Below are positions 28,648 to 36,426 of a stretch of 36,426 nt of DNA, one piece after another. The notes beneath the pieces are model-generated. The model saw nothing but the letters and a program-made list of their open reading frames with translations. It was not told the origin of the DNA and ran no database searches. The translations under genes were made by a program, and so were the position numbers. Each line of letters opens with the position of its first letter. The stretch's first letter is position 1. Location: the sequence record SRR22947725_1570, one strand, 5' to 3'.

Positions 28648-29883
28648 ATGAATAAAATCTTTGTAGTTTTAATGCGTAACATCGGATTACACAATTCCAC
28701 TGGCAAAATTTCCGGAAAGGCTCTTTATCTTATCTACACAAGTTTGGCAAGTATGTCACTATCTGTATCTGAGTTTGCCTTATTCGTTATTTTCTGGACA
28801 ACGCTCAGGTTTTTTATTTATCTAGGATCTAACAACTATTATATCTCTTTTTTTTCAGCAGTAAGAGAAAAGTTGGTTGCAAAAAAATGGCATAATAAAG
28901 TATTTTCAACGATTCTAATAACTGGTGTTGCCTTTTCTGCGCTATCATTTGTCTTCTTTTTTGTTTTTTTTAAGTCTTATCATGTGAGCTTATTAGGCGC
29001 TTTAGCAGTTATTAGCGGTATAATACTTAAATGTTTAGCAGAGTTTTCGAAAGCAAGCCATAGTGTGTTTCTTGCCGTCATATCAGAAGACTTGACACTT
29101 AATGCTGTTTTATTAGGCTCGTTCCTTTTTTTACCTGAAAACCCAACAATTCTATTTTTTTCGCAATGGGCGATTATAGCATATGTAATAGCAATGATTG
29201 TTTCTTATTTCGGAATTGTAAGAAAATTTGGTTTAGAATGGTTTCCAAGAATTCATATACCGTTTAACTTTTTTTCTTATTTCAAAGCGGGGCTTAGCCT
29301 TACAATTTACAGAGGACATGAGATGACAGCGTTTTTCTTAATACGCACCGTGGGCAAGTATTTTTACGGAGAATACTTTGTTGCCTCAACACACATATTA
29401 TTACAGTTTTACAACATCGTTAAATTATATGTTTTGGGAACGATTTCAGGATATCAGTCAAAAATCACTTTGGAGCGTGTTACAAAATGGACCATGAAAA
29501 CAGTTCAAGAATTGTATTTTTTAGTTTTAAAAAGAGCATCTCTATTATTTGCAGCAGGAATTTTTCTCGGATTTGCACTTAAAACACACATCATTATACT
29601 CTTTTTCCCAAACTACTTAGAAATTACACCCAAAGTGAACATCATGTTAATTATCGGCATAATTACGTTTGTTTTTGAACCATTACATTACATTTTTATT
29701 TACAACAATTTGATTCAAAACAAAAAAATGATAAACATATTTCTAATAGTTGTTCTTTTAATCCTATCGTCTTTAAGTATTCTTAATATAAATTCATTCA
29801 TCTGGCTTTGCGCGATGATTACCTACCCCTTAATTGTTCAATTTTTATTTGTTTTACAAAAAGCCAAATCACTTAAGCAATGA
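28648..29883 (+). CDS. Probable Wzx-type polysaccharide flippase
   Basis: 411 aa, about 12 hydrophobic segments, LSVSEFALF after TM1 (like Wzx LxxxxYG), located within the polysaccharide locus. Confidence 0.6.
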   Translation: MNKIFVVLMRNIGLHNSTGKISGKALYLIYTSLASMSLSVSEFALFVIFWTTLRFFIYLGSNNYYISFFSAVREKLVAKKWHNKVFSTILITGVAFSALSFVFFFVFFKSYHVSLLGALAVISGIILKCLAEFSKASHSVFLAVISEDLTLNAVLLGSFLFLPENPTILFFSQWAIIAYVIAMIVSYFGIVRKFGLEWFPRIHIPFNFFSYFKAGLSLTIYRGHEMTAFFLIRTVGKYFYGEYFVASTHILLQFYNIVKLYVLGTISGYQSKITLERVTKWTMKTVQELYFLVLKRASLLFAAGIFLGFALKTHIIILFFPNYLEITPKVNIMLIIGIITFVFEPLHYIFIYNNLIQNKKMINIFLIVVLLILSSLSILNINSFIWLCAMITYPLIVQFLFVLQKAKSLKQ

Positions 29884-31061
29884 GTTATTTGTATTTTCTC
29901 TTTTTGCGTGTTATTTCTTATCTAGAGGCGGAGAATCAAATTATTATGTTTGCTGTTTTTTTAGCATTAATGGTATTTAGCTTAAACAACCTAGTACCAA
30001 AGAAATTGGATAAAAAAACAGCAGTGGTTTTTTTAAATGCATCTATAATTTTCACTACTGTTATAGTTCACACTTTAATTTCATCATCTGAAATTATCCT
30101 TAGGGATATAACCGTATTGATTCTTTACTTAATATGGTTTATTTATGTAACGCTGAAATTCCGTAAAAAAACCACAAACGAAGCGTTACTTTTTCTACTC
30201 ATTTCATTTTCACTTTATAATATCACTAATTATGTGCTATTTGAAATGTATTATTATGACGCTAAATTTGGGTACAACCAAACACTTTCATATTTCAATA
30301 TACTAGACTACTATGCTGTTTATCCCTTATCTTCTGGAAGAAATGTAAATTCCTCACAAATTGGGCTTATTAGCATCTTGGCAATGTACTTTTTCAAAAT
30401 TGAAAGCGGATACTTCAAAAAAATGTTGTTCTTAGTTGTTTCTCTTGCTCACATTTATTTTTTAGTACTGGCAGACACTAGGATTGCAATTGTATTAACA
30501 TTGTTTTTTACCACCACTCTTTTTATTGATTCAAGTAAAATTATCAGCTTAATTAAGGCTTATTGGAAGTTAGCACTTATTTCTATATTTATATTTATTG
30601 CTATTTTTTATCTGTCCTCCGTATTTGATTTTTTAAAGCGCGATGGCGAGTTAGTTTCTGACAATCTAAACAGGATAGAAATTTGGACAGCAGCCTTTCA
30701 AGTTATTTTTGATGATCTTAAATTATTTTTCGGCCATGGGCTACACGGTTTTGGAAAAAACTTCCCCCCAGATTTGATGCCTTATTTTTTAGACCAAAAA
30801 CTACAAACAACCCATAACGCACTTCTTCAATACACTGTTGATTTTGGTATCATAGGGCTTGGAATTTTTATATTTATTTTTGCGAATCTTTTGACCAGTT
30901 CGCTAAGAATAAAAGAGCGTATAATTTTTGTGTTACTTATAGCAACATTTTTTTACGGCATTACTGAATCAATTCCTACATTTTATTCTTTTGAGCCTAC
31001 TTTATTATTTTTATCTTTAGCAGCAATATTATTTTTAAAAAATGAAAGAGAAAACGGCTAA
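29880..31061 (+). CDS. Wzy polymerase / O-antigen ligase family protein
   Basis: Polytopic; ADTR, NRIEIW, FFGHG and THNALLQ...FGIIG (Wzy_C-type motifs). Confidence 0.75.
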   Translation: MSYLYFLFLRVISYLEAENQIIMFAVFLALMVFSLNNLVPKKLDKKTAVVFLNASIIFTTVIVHTLISSSEIILRDITVLILYLIWFIYVTLKFRKKTTNEALLFLLISFSLYNITNYVLFEMYYYDAKFGYNQTLSYFNILDYYAVYPLSSGRNVNSSQIGLISILAMYFFKIESGYFKKMLFLVVSLAHIYFLVLADTRIAIVLTLFFTTTLFIDSSKIISLIKAYWKLALISIFIFIAIFYLSSVFDFLKRDGELVSDNLNRIEIWTAAFQVIFDDLKLFFGHGLHGFGKNFPPDLMPYFLDQKLQTTHNALLQYTVDFGIIGLGIFIFIFANLLTSSLRIKERIIFVLLIATFFYGITESIPTFYSFEPTLLFLSLAAILFLKNERENG

Positions 31062-31806
31062 TGCTCTAAGAGTTATTACCAGACCTATTAGAGGGTTGAT
31101 AGATTTTATTTTTTTTAAATTATATTTTAGCTTAAAAAACAACTATGATATTCTTACTCCATTCAAAAACCAAGATTTATTGATTGTTGGGAATGGTCCG
31201 AGTTTAAAGAAAACTCCGTTGTCAGACATTAATATGGTTTCAATTGGAATGAATAAGATTAATTTACTTTTTGAGTCTACCAAGTGGAGACCCGACATAA
31301 TAACGTGTGTAAATGGGTTAGTTATAAAACAAAATCTTACATTTTTTAACTCGACAGAAACCCCCCTAGTGCTTCCTGTTAAGGCATTTTATTTAGGAGT
31401 TAAGCCAAGACCAAACATCATTTATGTTTTTTTAAAAAAATCAAAAAGGTTTTCTAAGAATATCCAATCACTCTCTGAAGGATGCACAGTCACTTACACA
31501 GCTTTACAAATCTCAGCATATTTAACCCCAAAATCTGTAAATATTGTTGGTGTTGATCACAACTTTACTAAATCAGAAGGCAAGCCATATGAAATAAAAA
31601 AGTTTAAAGGAAATGACGACAATCATTTTCATCCAAATTATTTTAAAGGACAATTCTGGGGTGTGCCAGATTTAGAACAAAGCGAAATTCTATTCCAAAA
31701 AGCTAAACAGTATTTTGATGATCAACAAATTCCATCTACAGACTACACCATTGAAGGGAAGCTAAATATATTTGATAAAGGTCAGATTAAAGAAATCCTT
31801 GACTAA
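31042..31806 (+). CDS. DUF115/Maf-like protein, putative CMP-ulosonate (sialyltransferase-like) glycosyltransferase
   Basis: LIVGNGPSL, GMNKI, TVTYTALQ, NIVGVDHNF and NHFHPNYF, which parallel Cst-II IIAGNGPSL...IYLSGIDFY. Confidence 0.7.
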   Translation: MKEKTANALRVITRPIRGLIDFIFFKLYFSLKNNYDILTPFKNQDLLIVGNGPSLKKTPLSDINMVSIGMNKINLLFESTKWRPDIITCVNGLVIKQNLTFFNSTETPLVLPVKAFYLGVKPRPNIIYVFLKKSKRFSKNIQSLSEGCTVTYTALQISAYLTPKSVNIVGVDHNFTKSEGKPYEIKKFKGNDDNHFHPNYFKGQFWGVPDLEQSEILFQKAKQYFDDQQIPSTDYTIEGKLNIFDKGQIKEILD

Positions 31807-33007
31807 CAAAAAGAACTTGAAAACCCTTCTAATATCCCCCTTTTTTTATCCCGATGAAATTGGCATTGCCCTTTACAATAAACTTACTGTAGAGTATCTT
31901 TTAAAAAAGAAACATGATGTCAGTATCATCACAGCAGTCCCCTATTACCCTGAATGGAAAATCAAGCAACCATATGATAAGGCTAAGCTTTTCTCAAGAG
32001 AAAAGTATTTAACAGCAACTGTTTTTCGTGTAAAGCATTTTGTCCCAAAAAAGCCCACTGCTCTAAAGAGAGTTTTACAATTATTGCATTTTACATTGCT
32101 TTCATTAAGATATGTTTTTTCTGTGCCGAAAGATTGTAAAATTATAGTCGTTTCACCATTTACAAGCGGGATTATTACAGCGTTAGTTATTAAGTTATTT
32201 CGAGGGGGAAAGATATGGTGCCATATTCAAGATTTTGAATTTGATGCAGCAGTAGCGACTTTTACCTTTAAGCGATTTATAAAACCTCTTTACAAAATAG
32301 AATCTTTTTTATTCAATAGGTGCGATAAAATTAGTACGATAAGCAACGCAATGTTTGAAAAACTAAAGCACAAGACAAATACTCCAGCGATTTTATTTTC
32401 TAATTTTATTAATGTCGAAAGCTTTAAAAACACAAAAGACGAACCACACCCTTACTACCTTGAAACAGGTAGACCTCAACTTCTTTACAGTGGCAACCTT
32501 GGAGAAAAACAAGATTGGGGCTTTTTTCAAAGTTTTTGCCAAGAGGTCAAAGATGATATTGACATTACCGTTGTAGGTAATGGCGCCATGGGTGACAATC
32601 TTAAAGAGAAACTTAAGGGCTTAAGCAACATCCGCTTTTTTAATTTAGTTCCATATTCAGAATTGCCACAACTTTTGTGTAGTTTTGACGGACATATATT
32701 ATTCCAAAAAAAAGAAGTTATTGACAGTGTTATGCCCTCCAAACTTATAGCAATGATGTTAAGTGGAAAACCTTCTTTTCTTTATGGTAATCCTCTATCT
32801 GAATCTAAACTTGTAGTTGAAGAATCAAGGGGTGGGATTTTTTACAGTGGTGATAACGTTAATGAGTTTTCACAAAAAGTCATCAACTTATTACGGAACG
32901 ACAAAAAGAAGGAATCAATGGGAAATGCCGCCAAAAAAAACGTTCAATTACATTTTTCTGATAATAACATTTTGGAGAATTTTGAGAATAACCTAAAACA
33001 ATTATAG
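31799..33007 (+). CDS. WcaI-like GT4 glycosyltransferase (putative fucosyltransferase)
   Basis: FYPDEIGIALY, AVPYYPEW, HIQDFEFDAA, YSGNLGEKQ and VMPSKL. Start uncertain (TTG at 31772, 31799 or 31817). Confidence 0.85.
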   Translation: MTNKKNLKTLLISPFFYPDEIGIALYNKLTVEYLLKKKHDVSIITAVPYYPEWKIKQPYDKAKLFSREKYLTATVFRVKHFVPKKPTALKRVLQLLHFTLLSLRYVFSVPKDCKIIVVSPFTSGIITALVIKLFRGGKIWCHIQDFEFDAAVATFTFKRFIKPLYKIESFLFNRCDKISTISNAMFEKLKHKTNTPAILFSNFINVESFKNTKDEPHPYYLETGRPQLLYSGNLGEKQDWGFFQSFCQEVKDDIDITVVGNGAMGDNLKEKLKGLSNIRFFNLVPYSELPQLLCSFDGHILFQKKEVIDSVMPSKLIAMMLSGKPSFLYGNPLSESKLVVEESRGGIFYSGDNVNEFSQKVINLLRNDKKKESMGNAAKKNVQLHFSDNNILENFENNLKQL

Positions 33008-33008
33008 G

Positions 33009-34307
33009 ATGAAAATAACCGTAATTGGCACCGGCTATGTTGGCTTAGTCACAGGCACTTGTTTGGCAGAAGCGGGCAATGATGTCCTTTGCATTGATAT
33101 CGACAAGAATAAAGTTGAAAAAATGCAAAACGGGGAAGTGCCCATTTACGAGCCACACCTAGAAACCTATTTTGAACGCAACATCAAGGCGGGTAGGCTT
33201 CATTTTTCCACAGACCTTGAAAATGGGGTTGATCACGGGGAGGTTATTTTCTTAGCCCTTCCTACGCCAGAAGATGAAGATGGTTCTGCAGACTTATCTT
33301 ATGTGCTGGGCGTTGCCAACCAAATTGGCGACATGATGAAAGCGTATAAAATCATCGTTGGAAAAAGCACCGTCCCTGTTGGCACTGGGGAAAAAGTAAA
33401 AGCCGCATTACAATCTAAAACAGATATTCCTTTTGATGTGGTTTCTAACCCTGAGTTTTTGCGTGAAGGCTTTGCTGTGGAAGATTTTATGAAACCCGAT
33501 AGAATCGTAGTGGGCGTAGAGTCAGAAAGAGCTCAGAAAACCATGGAAAAGCTTTATAAGAATTTTGTACGCTCGGGCAACCCAATCGTTTTTATGGATA
33601 TCAAATCAGCTGAGCTTACCAAATATGCTGCCAACGCCTTTTTAGCAACGAAGATTACGTATATGAACGAAATCGCGAATTATTGCGAAAAAGTTGGTGC
33701 AAATGTAGATGATGTGCGCATGGGTATGGGTCTTGACGCGCGTATTGGCAAACGCTTTTTGTTCCCTGGCATTGGCTATGGCGGATCTTGCTTCCCTAAA
33801 GACGTAAAAGCATTACACAAATCGGGTAAAGATGCGCAGCATCACTTTGCCATTTTAGATAGTGTCATCGAAGTAAATGAAAAACAAAAAACAGTGTTGT
33901 ATCCCAAAATGGAACAGCATTTTGATGATAATTTAAAAGGCAAAAAGATCGCTGTCTGGGGGCTGGCATTTAAACCCGATACGGATGACATTCGCGAAGC
34001 TCCTGCCTTGTATATGATTGAAAAGCTATTAGCTGCAGGAGCAACCGTTACGGCATTTGACCCAGAAGCCATGGATAACGTAAAAGCGAAATTGGGCGAT
34101 AGCATTGCCTTTGCATCAAGCATGATGGAAGCTGTTCAAGATGCAGATGCCTTGCTGATTTGCACAGAATGGCATGCCTTTAGAAATCCAGACTTTAATA
34201 AACTTAAATTATCCTTAAAAACAAGTGTAGTTTTTGACGGACGTAATATTTACAGCCCCGAAGAAATGAAGGCACTAGGATTTACATATTATTCTATAGG
34301 ACGATGA
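33009..34307 (+). CDS. ugd: UDP-glucose 6-dehydrogenase
   Basis: IGTGYVGL, LPTP, KSTVPVGT, SNPEFLREG, GYGGSCFPKD and GLAFKPDTDDIRE. Confidence 0.96.
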   Translation: MKITVIGTGYVGLVTGTCLAEAGNDVLCIDIDKNKVEKMQNGEVPIYEPHLETYFERNIKAGRLHFSTDLENGVDHGEVIFLALPTPEDEDGSADLSYVLGVANQIGDMMKAYKIIVGKSTVPVGTGEKVKAALQSKTDIPFDVVSNPEFLREGFAVEDFMKPDRIVVGVESERAQKTMEKLYKNFVRSGNPIVFMDIKSAELTKYAANAFLATKITYMNEIANYCEKVGANVDDVRMGMGLDARIGKRFLFPGIGYGGSCFPKDVKALHKSGKDAQHHFAILDSVIEVNEKQKTVLYPKMEQHFDDNLKGKKIAVWGLAFKPDTDDIREAPALYMIEKLLAAGATVTAFDPEAMDNVKAKLGDSIAFASSMMEAVQDADALLICTEWHAFRNPDFNKLKLSLKTSVVFDGRNIYSPEEMKALGFTYYSIGR

Positions 34308-34996
34308 AAACAGTTATAAAAAGATTATTGAATAATTTAAGACACAGCCATATAAAAAAATACATTAGATGGAAAAGCAAATGGTTTGGAAACAAATATG
34401 GCGGATTTTATATTATACCAAAACTTCTTAGGAAAAATGCAATCGTATATTCGTTTGGAGTAGGAAAAGATATTTCTTTTGACAGAAAGCTCATAAGCAT
34501 CTTTGATTGCCAAATATTTGCATTTGACCCAACTCCAGACTCAATAGCATGGTGTAAACAACAAAATTTACCAGAACAATTCAAACTTTATGAATTGTCT
34601 AAAAAATCAGGCAATACCACATTTTTTTTACCAAAAAACAAAAACCACGTTTCAGGAAGTTTAGTCGGCCATAGACAAGTATCCTCTAAAAATACAGTAT
34701 CTGTCAAAATGAACTCTTTTAACGATATTTTGATGAACTTTAAACACAAAAAAGTAGATCTTATTAAAATGGATATTGAGGGTTCTGAATATGATGTGGC
34801 TGAAAGTATCCTAAATTCAGGCATCGAGATTAGTCAAATAGTTTTAGAAATCCATGAACGATTTTTTCAAAACGGGAAAGAAAAAACAATAAAACTTTTA
34901 GAAGCTTTTAGAAAAAATGGGTTTTTATTACATTCAATTTCAAGTAGTTATGAGGAGCTGTCTTTTGTACACAAAAAAGCGATTCAATACTTATAA
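34304..34996 (+). CDS. FkbM family methyltransferase
   Basis: VYSFGVGKDISFD, FDPTP, IKMDIEGSEY and QIVLEIH. Confidence 0.85.
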   Translation: MKTVIKRLLNNLRHSHIKKYIRWKSKWFGNKYGGFYIIPKLLRKNAIVYSFGVGKDISFDRKLISIFDCQIFAFDPTPDSIAWCKQQNLPEQFKLYELSKKSGNTTFFLPKNKNHVSGSLVGHRQVSSKNTVSVKMNSFNDILMNFKHKKVDLIKMDIEGSEYDVAESILNSGIEISQIVLEIHERFFQNGKEKTIKLLEAFRKNGFLLHSISSSYEELSFVHKKAIQYL

Positions 34997-35016
34997 CTTT
35001 ACAAGAAATATATTAA

Positions 35017-36000
35017 ATGAAAACAGCACTAATAACAGGCGCAGCAGGATTTTTAGGATCACATTTATGCGATAAGCTGTTGGCAAATAATATGGCAGTA
35101 ATCGGTATGGACAACTTGATTACAGGTTCCATGTCTAATATTGCCCATTTAGAGGACAATCCCAATTTTCGTTTTGTAAATCACGATGTGTGTGAGCATA
35201 TAGTAATTGAAGGCGACTTGGATTATATCCTTCATTTTGCTTCTCCTGCAAGCCCAATAGATTATTTAAAAATTCCCATACAAACACTTAAGGTTGGTGC
35301 GCTTGGCACGCATAACGTATTGGGATTAGCGAGAGCAAAAAACGCCCTTATTTTAGTGGCTTCTACGTCAGAAATTTATGGCGATCCTTTGGTTCATCCA
35401 CAAACCGAAGACTATTTTGGCAATGTGAACACCATAGGCCCTCGCGGCGTATATGATGAAGCCAAACGCTACTTAGAGTCTATTACCATGGCCTATCACC
35501 GTTATCACGGAGTAGACACCCGCATCATACGTATTTTCAACACCTATGGCCCTAGAATGCGCCTAAACGACGGTCGTGTTATTCCTGCCTTTATGGGACA
35601 AGCCTTAAGAGGTGAAGACCTGACAGTCTTTGGCGATGGATCACAGACGCGATCCTTTTGCTTTGTGGAAGACGAGATCGAAGGTATTTACCGCCTTTTA
35701 ATGAGTGATTATCATTTGCCAGTAAATATTGGAAACCCGGATGAAATTACCATTTTGGATTTTGCCCAAGAGATCATAGCCCTTACGGGAACAGATCAAA
35801 AAATAGTGTACAAGGAACTGCCTAAAAACGACCCACTACAGCGAAAGCCAGACATTACCAAAGCCAAAGAAATTTTGGGGTGGGAGCCAAAAGTGGGTAG
35901 AGCAGAAGGAATGCAGCGCACCTATAATTACTTTAAGTCTTTAAGCCAAGAAGAGTTAAATAAAATGGAACATAGAGATTTCACGTCTTTTAAAACCTAG
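35017..36000 (+). CDS. uxs: UDP-glucuronate decarboxylase (UDP-xylose synthase)
   Basis: [42 protein letters not shown] and GSQTRSFC. Confidence 0.93.
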   Translation: MKTALITGAAGFLGSHLCDKLLANNMAVIGMDNLITGSMSNIAHLEDNPNFRFVNHDVCEHIVIEGDLDYILHFASPASPIDYLKIPIQTLKVGALGTHNVLGLARAKNALILVASTSEIYGDPLVHPQTEDYFGNVNTIGPRGVYDEAKRYLESITMAYHRYHGVDTRIIRIFNTYGPRMRLNDGRVIPAFMGQALRGEDLTVFGDGSQTRSFCFVEDEIEGIYRLLMSDYHLPVNIGNPDEITILDFAQEIIALTGTDQKIVYKELPKNDPLQRKPDITKAKEILGWEPKVGRAEGMQRTYNYFKSLSQEELNKMEHRDFTSFKT

Positions 36001-36059
36001 CCAGACATACAATAAGCCCCTTATAATGTCGTTATTATACTTGACCAACTTTTTTACTA

Positions 36060-36426
36060 TTGGAGAAAAATATACAAGAAAGCTTTAAGTTATTACCATA
36101 CCTCCCTTTTTGGTTTTTTGAGTGGGGGTCTCTATTTGTTTGTTCTTTATACACCCTTAAGCCTACCTTTTTAACCAACAATAACACAACGGTCTTTTAT
36201 GTGTTAGTATCCATTTGGTTGCTTGGCGGGATTTTGTCCCGATTTTACAACTATGAGCGCAACCTGAATTTTACTAAACAATTACAACGTTTTATTTTAT
36301 TTTCTATCTTCTGGGCTGCTTTTTTTTATTTAGCTACCCTCTTTTTTTCGGATAAACTTGTATGGAACACTTTAGCAGTAATCAATTTTACAGTAAGCCT
36401 ATTCATTATAAAAGCGTTAGCCGTAA
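36060..36426 (+). CDS. Partial (5' end): membrane N-terminus of a WcaJ-like undecaprenyl-phosphate sugar phosphotransferase
   Basis: Open frame from TTG 36060 to the window edge, not in the ORF track (MEKNIQESFKLL...IWLLGGILSRFYNYERN...). Several TM segments with a W..FY...R pattern, directly after uxs. The catalytic domain lies outside the window. Confidence 0.6.
   Translation, partial: MEKNIQESFKLLPYLPFWFFEWGSLFVCSLYTLKPTFLTNNNTTVFYVLVSIWLLGGILSRFYNYERNLNFTKQLQRFILFSIFWAAFFYLATLFFSDKLVWNTLAVINFTVSLFIIKALAV

Noticed and set aside
31767-31774. TATATTTG just upstream of the WcaI-like gene as an internal promoter
   Set aside because: It lies inside a CDS in AT-rich DNA where this motif arises easily by chance; needs start-site data.
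772-34824. Many antisense or out-of-frame ORFs in the track (e.g. 2085-2477, 4104-4415, 20829-21206, 25452-25925, 33842-34123)
   Set aside because: All lie within or largely overlap well-supported genes and have no recognisable motifs; they are shadow ORFs.
1-36426. CRISPR arrays, tRNA/rRNA genes, IS elements, prophage or anti-phage defence genes
   Set aside because: None seen; intergenic gaps are at most ~135 bp and no ORF carries transposase, integrase, Cas or defence motifs.

Overview
Gene-dense chromosomal segment of a Flavobacteriaceae-like (Bacteroidota) bacterium, judged from gene content, TAnnTTTG -7 promoter motifs and tightly overlapping genes. The left ~15 kb is housekeeping: folB, glnS, a DUF2490-like gene, an SPFH gene, gltX, ybeY, mnmG/gidA, a SAM methyltransferase, holB, pgk, a DUF4837-like lipoprotein, tatA, an M23 peptidase and a GH3-family ligase. 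Two parS-like palindromes flank mnmG, suggesting an origin-proximal position. From 15066 to the window end is a co-directional Wzx/Wzy-type surface-polysaccharide locus. It contains wzz, rmlBACD, gmd and fcl, then a variable cassette, then a WcaI-like glycosyltransferase, ugd, an FkbM methyltransferase, uxs and the start of a WcaJ-like initiating transferase. The most interesting element is in the cassette. A NeuA/KdsB-family cytidylyltransferase is coupled to a pyruvate-dependent HpcH/HpaI aldolase (no NeuB or KdsA in the window), an SDR, a 6-phosphogluconolactonase without zwf/gnd neighbours, a HAD phosphatase and a D-2-hydroxyacid dehydrogenase; a Cst-II-like (DUF115/Maf) transferase lies nearby. 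Together these suggest a non-canonical CMP-ulosonic-acid pathway. An O-antigen-ligase-like protein also carries a ~170-aa inserted beta-sandwich-like domain. All family calls come from motif recognition by eye; no database searches were run.
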